A stretch of 64,000 nucleotides of DNA from Rhina ancylostomus (Eukaryota), in contig JARFYF010000007.1 in the NCBI GenBank assembly GCA_030265395.1, positions 39,219,376 through 39,283,375 of the forward strand, given 5' to 3'. Within the stretch, counting starts at the first letter, position 1, and every line of letters starts with the position of its first letter. Below the pieces are notes generated by a model that saw only the letters and a list, made by a program, of their open reading frames with translations, did no database searches and had not been told where the DNA came from. Positions 39,801-52,100 of this stretch are shown piece after piece. A program made the translations under genes and the position numbers.

Positions 39801-42800
39801 TTGGCATTAACTTTTGTTGGAGATGAACAAAAGACCCTGTGCAATATTCTATGTAACAGAAAAGTGTAATATATCTGAGCACAGGCTAACTTGAATTGCA
39901 TTTCATCTTGAAAGTGCACCATGACAAATAAACTATTTTGTCCAAATTATGCAAAGGTAACACTTAACTGGAAAAAATGTAATGTGATAAGTTTTTAATA
40001 GTGAAAGCCACAATCAACCTTTTGTTGTCAAATCTGTTCAGGCAGCTTAAGGAAAATTACATCACTGATTGGCAAGCTACTCCTTTTGGATCGCGTTGAT
40101 GTAATATGAACTGTCTTATGCAGTTGACTGCGTGCGATATGCTAATCTATCAAGCATAAAAACATTCAAGTTAGTTTGGCCCAGAGTACTGTAATAGCTG
40201 TAATGATTAGGTTTGTTTCATTATCACCTTGGGAGACAATTTGACAGGACATGAACATTACATAGCTGCATATGATTCAAAGCGTGATATACAGTATACA
40301 ATGAGAAGAAAACAGTACTATGCGTTTAAAATATAAAGGTATTAGCCACACATCTTACTTCACGATTATTGCAGAGACCCAGTACGTGAGAAAGAATTAG
40401 TAATTTCTTTTCTCAGCCAGCAAACAGGCCAAAGCAGAGTAGAAGAGACAATTGATTTTGACTGAAATTGTAAAATGGATGCTTTATATTTCAGTACACA
40501 GATTTAAGTATTGCTGCCAACATTCACAGGATACCCTTCATTCATAGAAAAGTGAAATAATTTTTTTGCCATGAAATTTACAATAAATATAAGTCTCTGG
40601 CCAGTGTTAACTCCTGGTTCAGTCTCTGACCAGTAACAACACATTTAATTGTGAAACCCACACTGATAAATTATTATTTTTGTAAATAAATGGTCAAAGC
40701 TGGCTCACCTCCATTATTTAAGTAAGGTAAAGAAAGACATTAGGTCTTTTATTTCACTTACATTTTAAAGCAATTGTTTCAAAGCATAGTCATAGAGGTA
40801 AAAGTAGTTAGTGTATCATGTGCTTAATATGGAAGATATGAAATAAATATTGAATATCTGAATGTTAGTGTGATGAAATGTAGGGTTTTATCAGATACGT
40901 TGGACTTGACATATCATGATGCATACTTCAAACCACATATTAACATGGCCAACATTAGATGATAACTACTTGCTGTTTCTAATATACATATATCTATATT
41001 TGCCTTATACTGCATTCTGCAGGTCAATACTTCCACAAGTATTCCACATTTGGTATCCATATTTTATATGCATTTGTCAGCCAGTGAGTTCCGATTGTTT
41101 TTGCTAAGGTACTTGGTTAGGAATCCTCCCACAGTGGCTTGGCACAGACTAAAAACATCACATTTGTTGTAGGTGGTTTGGTCTCTACTAGAGCCACCAG
41201 CCTGATGATGCAGAGAATTATACACGTGACATGTTTTTCACAACTCACTTACGTCAGAAGTTCCCAGAACTTTATATCTATGTCTTATTTGACAGTTGTT
41301 AATAGACACAACTAAAATAAGATTTTAAAATCTTGGTCATGACAATTGCAGATATGCCATTATTTACTGACAGTTTTAATTATTAACTCTGAAACTTGGT
41401 TTTTCAATGCTTAATTAATTTTAATTCAGTTTTGTTCTGGCCCTAATTCTCAGGTTCACTGTGAACATTTGCTTCTTCAGCTTGTAATAGGAGTCTCACA
41501 CTTCCCTTTGCTGCTTTGAAGACTGCTGTGAAATTAACAGAACTTGACTGGCAAGACTCAGTTTCATACTCCTCAGCCACGACCCCACCTCTCCCCCACT
41601 CCTACCACACAGACTGCACCACACATTAATACAATACTGCTTGAAATTTACATAGGATTTTTGCTGAAATTAAATTCAGTTCAGATCAATACATTGCTGT
41701 TTCTTCATCGTGGTAAGTCAATACCCAAAGTCCTTACCTAACATCATTGTGGGAGAACTACAATTAGGAGCACTGCAATGATTCAGAAGGCCTGCTAGCA
41801 TTTTCTTGGGGCTACTGGGGATGAACAACTGTGCAGTGCTTTGCAAAACTGCATAAATGATGTGCTAATGACAAATTTAAAATATAATGGAGCAAACAGG
41901 GTCTGATTCTGATAAGAAGCATTTCTGTCAAGTAGCTTGACAGGAGGAATATTAACAGCAACTCTATTAAAAGACATTGTCTACAATTGATGATGAAGGA
42001 TGCAAATGATACTGTATATAGCAGAATGGAAAGTGTTAATTTGATTCTTGGTTGTCTTTTATTTGCTTCAAATTTACTTCATGTGAATTGTCAATGATCA
42101 TTCGTGAGACTTGGATTTCACTGGTAATTTCAGGGTCATCATTACAGAAATTTACTTCAATTTCTCAGCTACTGTGCAGGGGCTGTGAGTTTATGACTCT
42201 GAGTCATTAGTCAAGGCCCTTGGATTATGAGTGATATTACCATTAATTTACCTTCTCCACCATGTTGATGTGGGAGGAATGACTGTGAGAACACATCCAT
42301 CCACAGATCCAGGGGAAGTGGAAGGTCTCCTTTTGTTGAGCTGCCTTCCTGTCCTCCTGATAAATCTGGTCTATGATAATCATTTGGTGGGGATTGGGGT
42401 TGGGGGCTCTCAGAATGGTAAAACCCTACATCCATCACAGAAGCTTTATAAGATTTACAGGTGCTTAAGTTTATTTCACCAGAGATAGGGTTTGCAGGTT
42501 TAATACGTCTGTTCAATGTACTGTTAAAAGATGCAGTGGAATACAAATGAATGCAAGGCTAAATAAACATCATTTAATGGTTCAAGACTACTCTGCAAAA
42601 CTCTTATGTTTATAAAATCAGCTTCAATTTTCATCATGAAAAATCCATTGACATTTGAAACCTTTCAAATCCTAATCATGAAGCTTTCCATAGTTCGATA
42701 ATAAAATGTGAGCAACTCCTATGATCTAATCAATCAATAACCAACTTTATTTAGGATGCACGACCATCATCGAACTTGCAGCTTCATGTGTTGATGAGTC

Positions 42801-45566
42801 CATGTCACAATACTGTAATTAAATCACAGAAGTTTTTGCTTATTGCAGCACTCCCTTGCAACAACACTGTTAATAGGCACCCTGACCATGAACATCTTTT
42901 GAAGACAGATATCTAGGTTTTAACTCCAGTATCTACTTCAGCTCTTAACAACGTTTAACCAACTGGCTTCAAAGTGCTTCTACTCAACCATACCGGGAAG
43001 ATTAAACATTTCAAATAGGGAACTAACAATACCTGCAGTCCTTTATAGAGACTTTTAAAATATTTCATTGGAAATTAATATCTGCTATGGTTCTACTAAG
43101 AACATGTTTACCTTAAATTTAAGATCAACAATTAATGGGTTAATTTATTTTTATTGCTAGGGTCTTTCAGACTGAGCAGAAGACTATTCTTAAACATACA
43201 GCTTTTTTTCTCTCACTGAAGATGCAAGCAATGATGCCTCATTATTAATCAACAGACATTTGTGCTATAATGATAGACAGCCTGAAAGTAGTTGAAGAAT
43301 GTAGAAGTACTAGTAATGAAAATGGATAATCAGATCCAAAGGAGTCAATTTATTCTTGAATGCTGAAAAGACATATCAAATCTAGGGATTAGGATGGAGA
43401 CACAAGAGATTGCAGATGCTGGAACCCAGAGCAAAAAACAAGATTCTGGATGAACTCAGCAGGTCAGGTGGTATCCGTGGAGGGAAATAGATGGTTGATG
43501 TTTCGGGTTGAGACACTTCAAATAGAGGAGAAATAGCCAGTATAAAAAAGGTGAAGGTAAGGGGTGGAGCAAGAGCTAGTACGTGATCGGTGGATCCGGG
43601 TGATAGGCAGATAGAGGAGGGGAATGGAAATAGTGACATGGGCTGGGAGGTGATAGGTGGATGTAACAAAGGGCTGAAGATGGAATTTGATAGGAAAGGA
43701 TGGTGGAGCGTGGAAGCAAGTGAGGAAGGTTGGGAGGGCAGATGGGAACGGTGGGGAGGGAAACCAGTGGAAGTAGAGTGTGTGTGATGGGCCCCAGTTT
43801 GGGAATTTCAGTTTAGACACATGAAAAGGGCAGGGAATAGAGGGACACAGACCACATGCAGGCAGATGGGATTAGTTAGATAGACATCATGGTCAGCGCA
43901 GACATGAGGGCCATTGACCCTCTTCCTGTGCTGCACTTCTCTATATTCTCTGTTCTAAATTGTATTTTCTCAACAATAAGACATAACAAGTTGAGCATGA
44001 TTGGTAAAGATGTTGACAGAGTGGGTGGAAGACTTTACCCCTGAAATAACATCCAAATTGTCAGAATAATAAGTAGTCAATAGACAATACAATTAAATGC
44101 TAGATTACAAACCTGTGTTGGAATTCTGCACTGTAAATTATCTTAGTTTCCCCTTAATGTAGCATTTGCAATAATTATTTTCCCACATATACTGAGAAAA
44201 TTTGAAGCAGGAGAGTTATAGGAAGTTGTTTCTGTTTCCCAAATACAATCAAAATCCTCAGCAACTCAGAAAAATAATAAAGCTTGTTTCACTGCGAATT
44301 TGTTTTGTGAAAAGATGCAGTCCACCCAGTGCCGATGGAATGCTCAGCAGATAGGAGGAACAATTTACAGACATGGTGAGTCAATGGGACACATGCCAGG
44401 TGATGACTCTTTCTTGTAAATAATTGTAATTATACAAAAATGAACACAAAACAGAAATTCCTACTTAGAATGAACAAAAAAATATTTTTTTTCTCAAAAG
44501 TCTATCATGATGTGTGGAAACTGCAGATATTGCAACCACATTTTTGCCATCAGTGTTGAATGCCAGCCTCACACACTGACTCACTGACACACTCTCTCAC
44601 TCACTGACTCATGAAACACTGACTCACTGACCCAGTCTGATTCACACTTTGACTCACTAACACACTCTCTCACTCACTGACTCTGAGAATCTCTCACTCA
44701 CTCTGACTCACTGATCCATTCTGATTCACACACTGACTCACTAACATATTCTCTCACACACTGACTCACTGACACACTGTCTCTCACACAGCAACTCACT
44801 GAGACTCTCTCTCACACACACTGACTCACTGACATTCAGTCCCTCTCACACTGACTCTCACATATTAACTCATCAATACTCCTTCACACACTGACTCACT
44901 GACATTCTCCCTCACACACCTTCATGTAACTCACCTTCTCTGTATTTGGCCATTTCTGCAGCAATTCGTCTGTCTGTTATATAAGCTCAATTTTTCTCAC
45001 TCTATTGCCTGACTTGCTGGCCACATCCCTTGGACCAGCAAGTCTTTACTTTTATGTTTCTCTGTGCTTTTGCTCTCTAACTGCTCTCACCTATCCCTTT
45101 TGCTCCTTTTCTCTCTCCCTAACTGCATACATTAACCCATTTCCTGAATGACTTCGGCAACTTATCTCCACTAAAGCACTGGCCTCACCCTATCAGAGAT
45201 ATTCCTTTAGTCCTATCCATTATTCCCCCACACTCTCTTCAACTTAAACTAAATATTCTCTCTTAACCAATTCTGATGAAGGAGCTTGGACTTGAAACAT
45301 TAATACTATATTGCATTCCACAGATGATGCCCAACCTGCTTAGTCTTTCCAGCATTTTCTGTTTTTATATCTCTGAAACACATACAAGCACTGACACACA
45401 CTCTCTCTCGCACACACACTGACTCTCTTCATGCACATACACTGACTCTCTCTTGCACATACTCACAAAAACACCGTGTCTCTATCTCTCTCTCACATAC
45501 ACACACACACACGTAACAGTACACACAGTGCCTCTCCCATAAGCACACACTGACACTTTCTCTCAT

Positions 45567-45614
<48 letters not shown>

Positions 45615-46136
45615 TCTCTTATGCACTGACTCTCCTCCACACACACTTTCTCACACACACACTTACTCCCTTTTTCTCTCTGACATATACTGTTTTCCTC
45701 TCTCTTCACACACACACTGACTTTCTCTCTCTTTCAGAATTGATTGTCTCTTCCTTTTACATACACAGACTCTCACACATATGCACTCTGATTCTTTCAC
45801 ACATACTCACAAACGTACACTGTCCCTCGCTCCCACACACACCCATCTACTCACACATATGGACTCTCACACTCACATACACAATGCTGTAGAATAATAC
45901 AAGGAATCATAATCAAAACATGCTTAGTTACAATACCAATGGGTCATACAGATAAGTCATATAACTTTGAGATTAATGAAAACATGGTCGTATATCATAT
46001 TACTTTCAAAATATAGTGAATCAAGNNNNNNNNNNNNNNNNNNNNNNNNNNNNNNNNNNNNNNNNNNNNNNNNNNNNNNNNNNNNNNNNNNNNNNNNNNN
46101 NNNNNNNNNNNNNNNNNNNNNNNNNCATATAGTGAG

Positions 46137-46187
<51 letters not shown>

Positions 46188-49100
46188 CACTCTCTCTGAT
46201 GTGGACTTCCCCTATTTTGGATACCCAATCCAGGGTGGGGGTGGGGGGTGGGAGAGAGAGAGAAACAAAGAGACACAGAAAAAATTGTGAGAAGCAGTAG
46301 AAAAAAAGTGAAAGTGGCATGGGATTGTAGTATGTGGAGGGATCAGAGAGTGCTGACCTGAGTTGGGGTCAAATTTATCAGACTGTGGGGACAATGGTGG
46401 GCATGATGGACTGCACCTGAAAGTGTTGGGGAGTTAGCCAGGCCTGTTGTTTGGGTCACTCACAGGGCTAATGGGACTTTTATCCCAGGCAGCATAAGGC
46501 TGAATATTAGATGTGCATTCCCTCACCTGACTGGTTCTCAAGACAACAAGCTGTCAAATGAGTTTAAAAAGTAGGAAAAGTATTTTGTGGTTTAAGCAGT
46601 TCCTTCCCACCACTGCCAGAAATGAATATGTTGACTAACTTTTAAAAATTTGTGCTGTAAATGAAAAGTTAATGTTCCTATTTTGCAATTTTGTCTGACT
46701 TGTTCACAATTTATCCACGTTTTATTTTGAAGTTCATCCTGCAATTTAAGCAGGGTCGTATAAATGAAGTCATCTTGATTAAATTATTTGCGTTTACTCA
46801 CTCTCACCCTAACACTTAAAATAACTGCATTTCATGGTGTGTTTTCATTTAAGAGATTGTAATTAATTATTTTATCATGTCATTGGCCCTGGTTTTGAAA
46901 ATTTGTTTTAAATATGTTTGCAGTGGAACCGAAAGATTAATTTTAGTTTAATAATTTAATAGTTTCAATGTTCCAGTAATTATATTGAGTAATTATTCTG
47001 ATTTAATCTTCGTAGCATTGTTGGCACCTTTCCAATGATGATCTTGCACTGACCCCTGGATTGTCACTTCTCAGATGACTTGCCTCCAAAAGAAAATAAG
47101 CTTGGATCAGATCCAGCCAGAAACTGATGCATAACTTGTGACTTTGCTCGTTTTAAATCAACTACCACTTCCATATGTGGAGAAAATTTAATGATGCAAT
47201 AATTGTCCTCAGGCCCTCCATGAGATCATTAGTGAAAAAAAACTATGGCGAGTCACACAAGGAGATATTTGAGCATAAGCACAGTCAAAGACCTTGGTTT
47301 TATGGAGCACCTTAAAAGGATGAGAAATAGTGAGATGAAGAAGCTTAGGGACAGAATTCCAGAGTTTAACACCTTGGCAGCTGAAGAGCTAATCACTGGT
47401 AATGAGGTTATAATTGGGGTTAAGAAAGAGACTGGAGTTAGAGAAGGGCAGATATCTTGGGGATTATTATAAAATGGGAGGAATCACAGAGGGAGGGAAG
47501 TGTGAGAACATGAGGGGTTTGAAAACAAGAGAGGGCATTTTAAAACTGAGACACCATCTGACCAGGAGCTGGTGAAGGTCAGCAAGGTGAAGGGCAATGG
47601 TGGAAATATAGCAGAGTTAGGGATGACCTTGGGATCATGCAGAATGAGGAGACTGAGCAGAAGTCTGTTGGAATAACCTACACTAAAGATAACAAAAAAT
47701 TCAGAGTCCTGATTAATCAAACTCAAGTTTGGAAAGATGCAGTACAGTTGTTAACCTTAATCAAGATCAATAAGAGGAGATTGGAGTCAGTTTCTTGGGG
47801 AGCTTCAAATCAAGGATTAAAAACATACTGGTTCCATTTAGAATATTTTAGGCCCTTGCATTTTTCCTAACTTTAAAGAAGGGGAAGTGCTCTACTTTCT
47901 AGAATCATAGTGATTGAAAATCCATATTAATTTAACATTGCTATTAGTCAGTGTTATAAAAATTTACTGAATAACTGATAAAATAGGTGCCATTTTATCT
48001 TTCATCAGATTACTGATTAAAATGGCAATGGCAGTGTCAACAAACAGGCAGCCTTAGTGTCCTTTTTCTGACATTCCACATTTCTCAACAGCATGTTTTA
48101 TGAAAGAAATGTCTTCAGTCTACTTCCTCTATCTGCTGAGATGCTGGGTCCAACAATACAATGAGCCTACCAGTATCTTACCCGGTACTTCTTCATGAGG
48201 GAGACTACAAAATGAATGTAGCAGGCTTTTCAATGATGAACATCATCACAACACTTCTCATCTGATTTATACACCTCTTCCTGCAGCAAGTACTGCTTGG
48301 CAATCAGATGATGACTGATTTTCCTCTCGTTAACCTGGCGTGGGGCTGCGATGGTCAGTTGTAGCATTGCAATTGCCCCTTTGCTGGGATCTGATAACCC
48401 AGCATGCAGCAGGGAGCTCGCCTTCCGTCTTCAAGGTTCAGAGAAATTTAACTCGCTGACTTGCTAAGTGAAATAAGGTGTTCTTGTCTGTTACCAGTCT
48501 TTACAATGATGTTCAAAAGATTAAAACAAAGTCAAGTTCCCCATTCCACTTAACATTTTCTACTTGGAATTATAAAAGGGGGAAAACGCTGTATACATTT
48601 TAAAATAAATGTAAATAATAACTAGATTTACTTTAGAGCAAAGCTCAAGGTGATCTTATACTCAAAGGCAGTGAAGTAGCCAATCTCAACTCTGAGGAGA
48701 TCCCTGCACACAGAGTCAGAGTGCCTCCCACAGTTTTTCTGCTGTTCCTTCCAGAAAGATGAGTTAGTCAGGAAGAATAAATTTACAAAGAACTTACCAA
48801 TGAAGTAGGCAAGTAGAATCACTAGTGTTACAGAAATGATGATGGCGCTCAAGGCTGTGCACTTCCAGTTGCAGTACTTGTAGGGCTTTTTCAGACTGAA
48901 TGCAGACCTTGAGAACGTGCTGCGGGGTAAGGGTCGCGGTGGAGGAGAGTACACAGTGCTTGAAGTGAGGGGGTAACCAGGTCCAGTTGTACAAAAAAGT
49001 GGAGAAGATCCAGTTCCAGGCTTAAATAAGAAGTGCCTAATGGATAAAGACAGATTATTTATCAGAGGTTGCAGAGATTCTGACCATGATTGCTCACTGT

Positions 49101-52100
49101 GTCTCTGTTGCCAGGTTTAATTACTCCAACTTGTACTTTTACTCACATTTGAAATAATTGGAAATTCTCTACAAATATACAACTTGGGATGACATAGGTC
49201 TGGATCACATTACACAGTAATTCAACACAATGACATGATTTAGCTTCTGAGTTTTATTCTAAAGTATATTTCTCAACAATAATTGAAATTGTAAGTATTA
49301 GTTCACCACCACTTGGACCTGAATAAACCCAATTTTGCTATCATTTACTGGAACCTTTTGGCTATTTTCTTTTGTAAGAATGATTGCATTCAGTGCTTTA
49401 TGTTGATTTGAAAAGCAGTATAATGTATTTTATATCTAAAATCATCTCAAGTTTAACTCTATAAGAATGAGTTAGACCTACCTAATGACTTGCATGATCT
49501 CAGAATGTCTCAAAGCAGCTCACAAAGAATTAAGTATTTTTGAATTGGAGTCACATTTTAACAAAGGATGCAAGCCAAATATCATGTTGCTTGTGGTCTC
49601 ATACGTACCCAGTTTGGGTGATGAGGGTCAATTATTTTAGCCTCAGAAATTCCTGAATGCCAATAATATGGCCCCAGCAGCAGCCATCTTGGCAGCCAGT
49701 GAGTTGGCACTGTCTTCAAAATTCAGATGCAAGTTTTGACAGGTAGAAAAGCCCTATTCCCGGCTGCACTGGCTGTGAAAGCTGCAAGTGATTTTTAATG
49801 GTTCTTAAGTGTCTTTTATATTCAGAAGCTCTTATTAAAATTAAAGAAATTACTTAAGAAATTCAATAATTAAAGAGAAAGAAGTAAACTGAAACACAAA
49901 TAATTAGAACCACTAAACCAACATGAAATAATTTCAAAGAGATAAGATTTAACAAAAAAAATCTTCGACTTTACCACCTAATTCCTACAATCTTCATGTA
50001 AGCTAATGGCGCTCTCAGATAATGCACACGATCCCAAGGCAATTCTGCAATGTAACACTGGGAATTGTTGGCAAGATGGGGCTTTGCTGTTGGACTCCAT
50101 GTGGAATCCAGTGACAGTGCAAACTGAAAGATCTGCACTTGGAACCATGGGCAGTAGCCTGCAGGATCCAGCCAAGCTAATGTAATACACAACAGGCAGT
50201 GGGGTTGTCAACTGCCTCTTCAGTGCAAAATGGTGCATATTAAGGGTGTTAACTTATTGCAAAGACTTTTCTTACCAATGCTGTGACTGTTGATGTAACA
50301 AACCAAGTAATAAAGAAGAATACAGTACGACTCTTGGAAGAGGTGGAAGGGTGGGCTTTAAATCAGGCTGCACATTCTTTCCTATGAGGGAAAATAGCTC
50401 TGTTTGTGCCAAATGAAACATAAAGAATATCAAAGTATCAATTGCTGAGTGGGTATGGTACAGAGACCCTTTTAGTTGATATCGTGTGAGGTTATCTCTA
50501 ACCAGTGTCCATTAAAATGAACATGTGGAGGCATCCTTCGTGGTCCTTGATGCTTCCATCCACAAAATATTATGAAAAAAAATCTTATCAAGAGTGAAGC
50601 AGAGCAGAATGTTTTTCCCTCCCAGTCTTACTGAAGATACAGTGCAGTGCAGTTCCTTAGAAGCACATCAATGTATTAACTTTAGGAACTAAGCCAAGGA
50701 AAGATGTTCCCCTAAACTGATATTTGTGAGTTCCACTGGAATTGTTGTCATGTTAATGTTTGATTTGAGAGTGGTGAAACCTGCCTCGATTTTCTGTGCA
50801 ATGCATTGGGATTCCATAAACAAAATGCATTGAATGACTAACCAAAAGTAACTTTTTTTCTAACATGACTGAAAGTTAAATCTTTTAAACACACATCTCC
50901 ATGGTGACCTAGCCCTGAGCCAGAATCAGCAGCTCAGTGAGGTTATAGCTGACCAGCAATGAATATTTTCCACAGTAAAGTGAACCTAATTTGAATTCTT
51001 CTCTTCCCAAGAGGATATATACAATGAACAAATTGCTATTTTAAGTGGTGCAAAATCAAGTTTTACGTTGCTCCGCAAAACATTTCAAACATCAAGGAAC
51101 ATGTGGTGGTTGTCTGTAGCCACAGCCCAAAATAAGTTGAAAAATGCTGGATTTTTGACAATCATTTTAATTTTCCACCCCACTACTACTCCAATCACTG
51201 TCAATTCAAGTTTTTACGTTATTCCAACAAAGCTCAAACTAACCTTGAAAACAGCACCACATCTTCCAACTTGGCACATTACTGCATCCTGGACACAACA
51301 CTAAGATCAGCAATCATTTTATTTCTGATTTCCACCATTCCTTTCAAATCATTCACATTTGCACCTTATCCAGGCTTTCATTGTCTGGCACTATCAATCC
51401 TTCAGTCATGTCATCTTTTAGGCATTTTATCCTATCACACATTTTACTTTTTGTCCTGTCCATCCCTTCTCCCTTTCTACACAACTTAAAACTTATTCTA
51501 TCTCTATTCTCAGTTCTGATTAAACTTCATTCAGCTGAAATGCTAACTCTTTTTCTCCACAGATGCTTTCTGCTCTGTGAATATTTCCAGCAATTTCTGT
51601 TAGATTAAGTTTCCTGCATCTGTTGCATTCTGCATGTTTTCTCTTTAAAGAAATGTGTCTCGTTAAGGCCATTGCTCAGATATTTCCTTTAAGAAATCAT
51701 AACAGTTGTCTGAGTTTGTACTCCTGGCACCTAGCCTGCTGTTGCAGGACTTTTCCAACCATTATTCCATGAACAGAAACTCCTAAAGTGCACCAGAAAA
51801 GGCATATACTTACAGGCTAACTACTGGGAGAGGTTTCTACAACTTATTCCTTACCTCAGGGCAAGCTCATCTGACAGAAAAAATCCAGCACTGATCAAGT
51901 ACTTTTCTTTTTCTCATTCATATATATCATCGTAAAGCAAGTATTTATTACCTATTCCTAACTGCTGTTGAAAAAGTGATAGTGAACTACAACCTTCAAC
52001 CATTCTTGTACCATGTGTAGAAGGAACTGTCACTGTACTTCTTGGTAGGGAGTTCCTATACTTCTAATGATGTAAAATTTTACATAAAATTTAAATGCGT

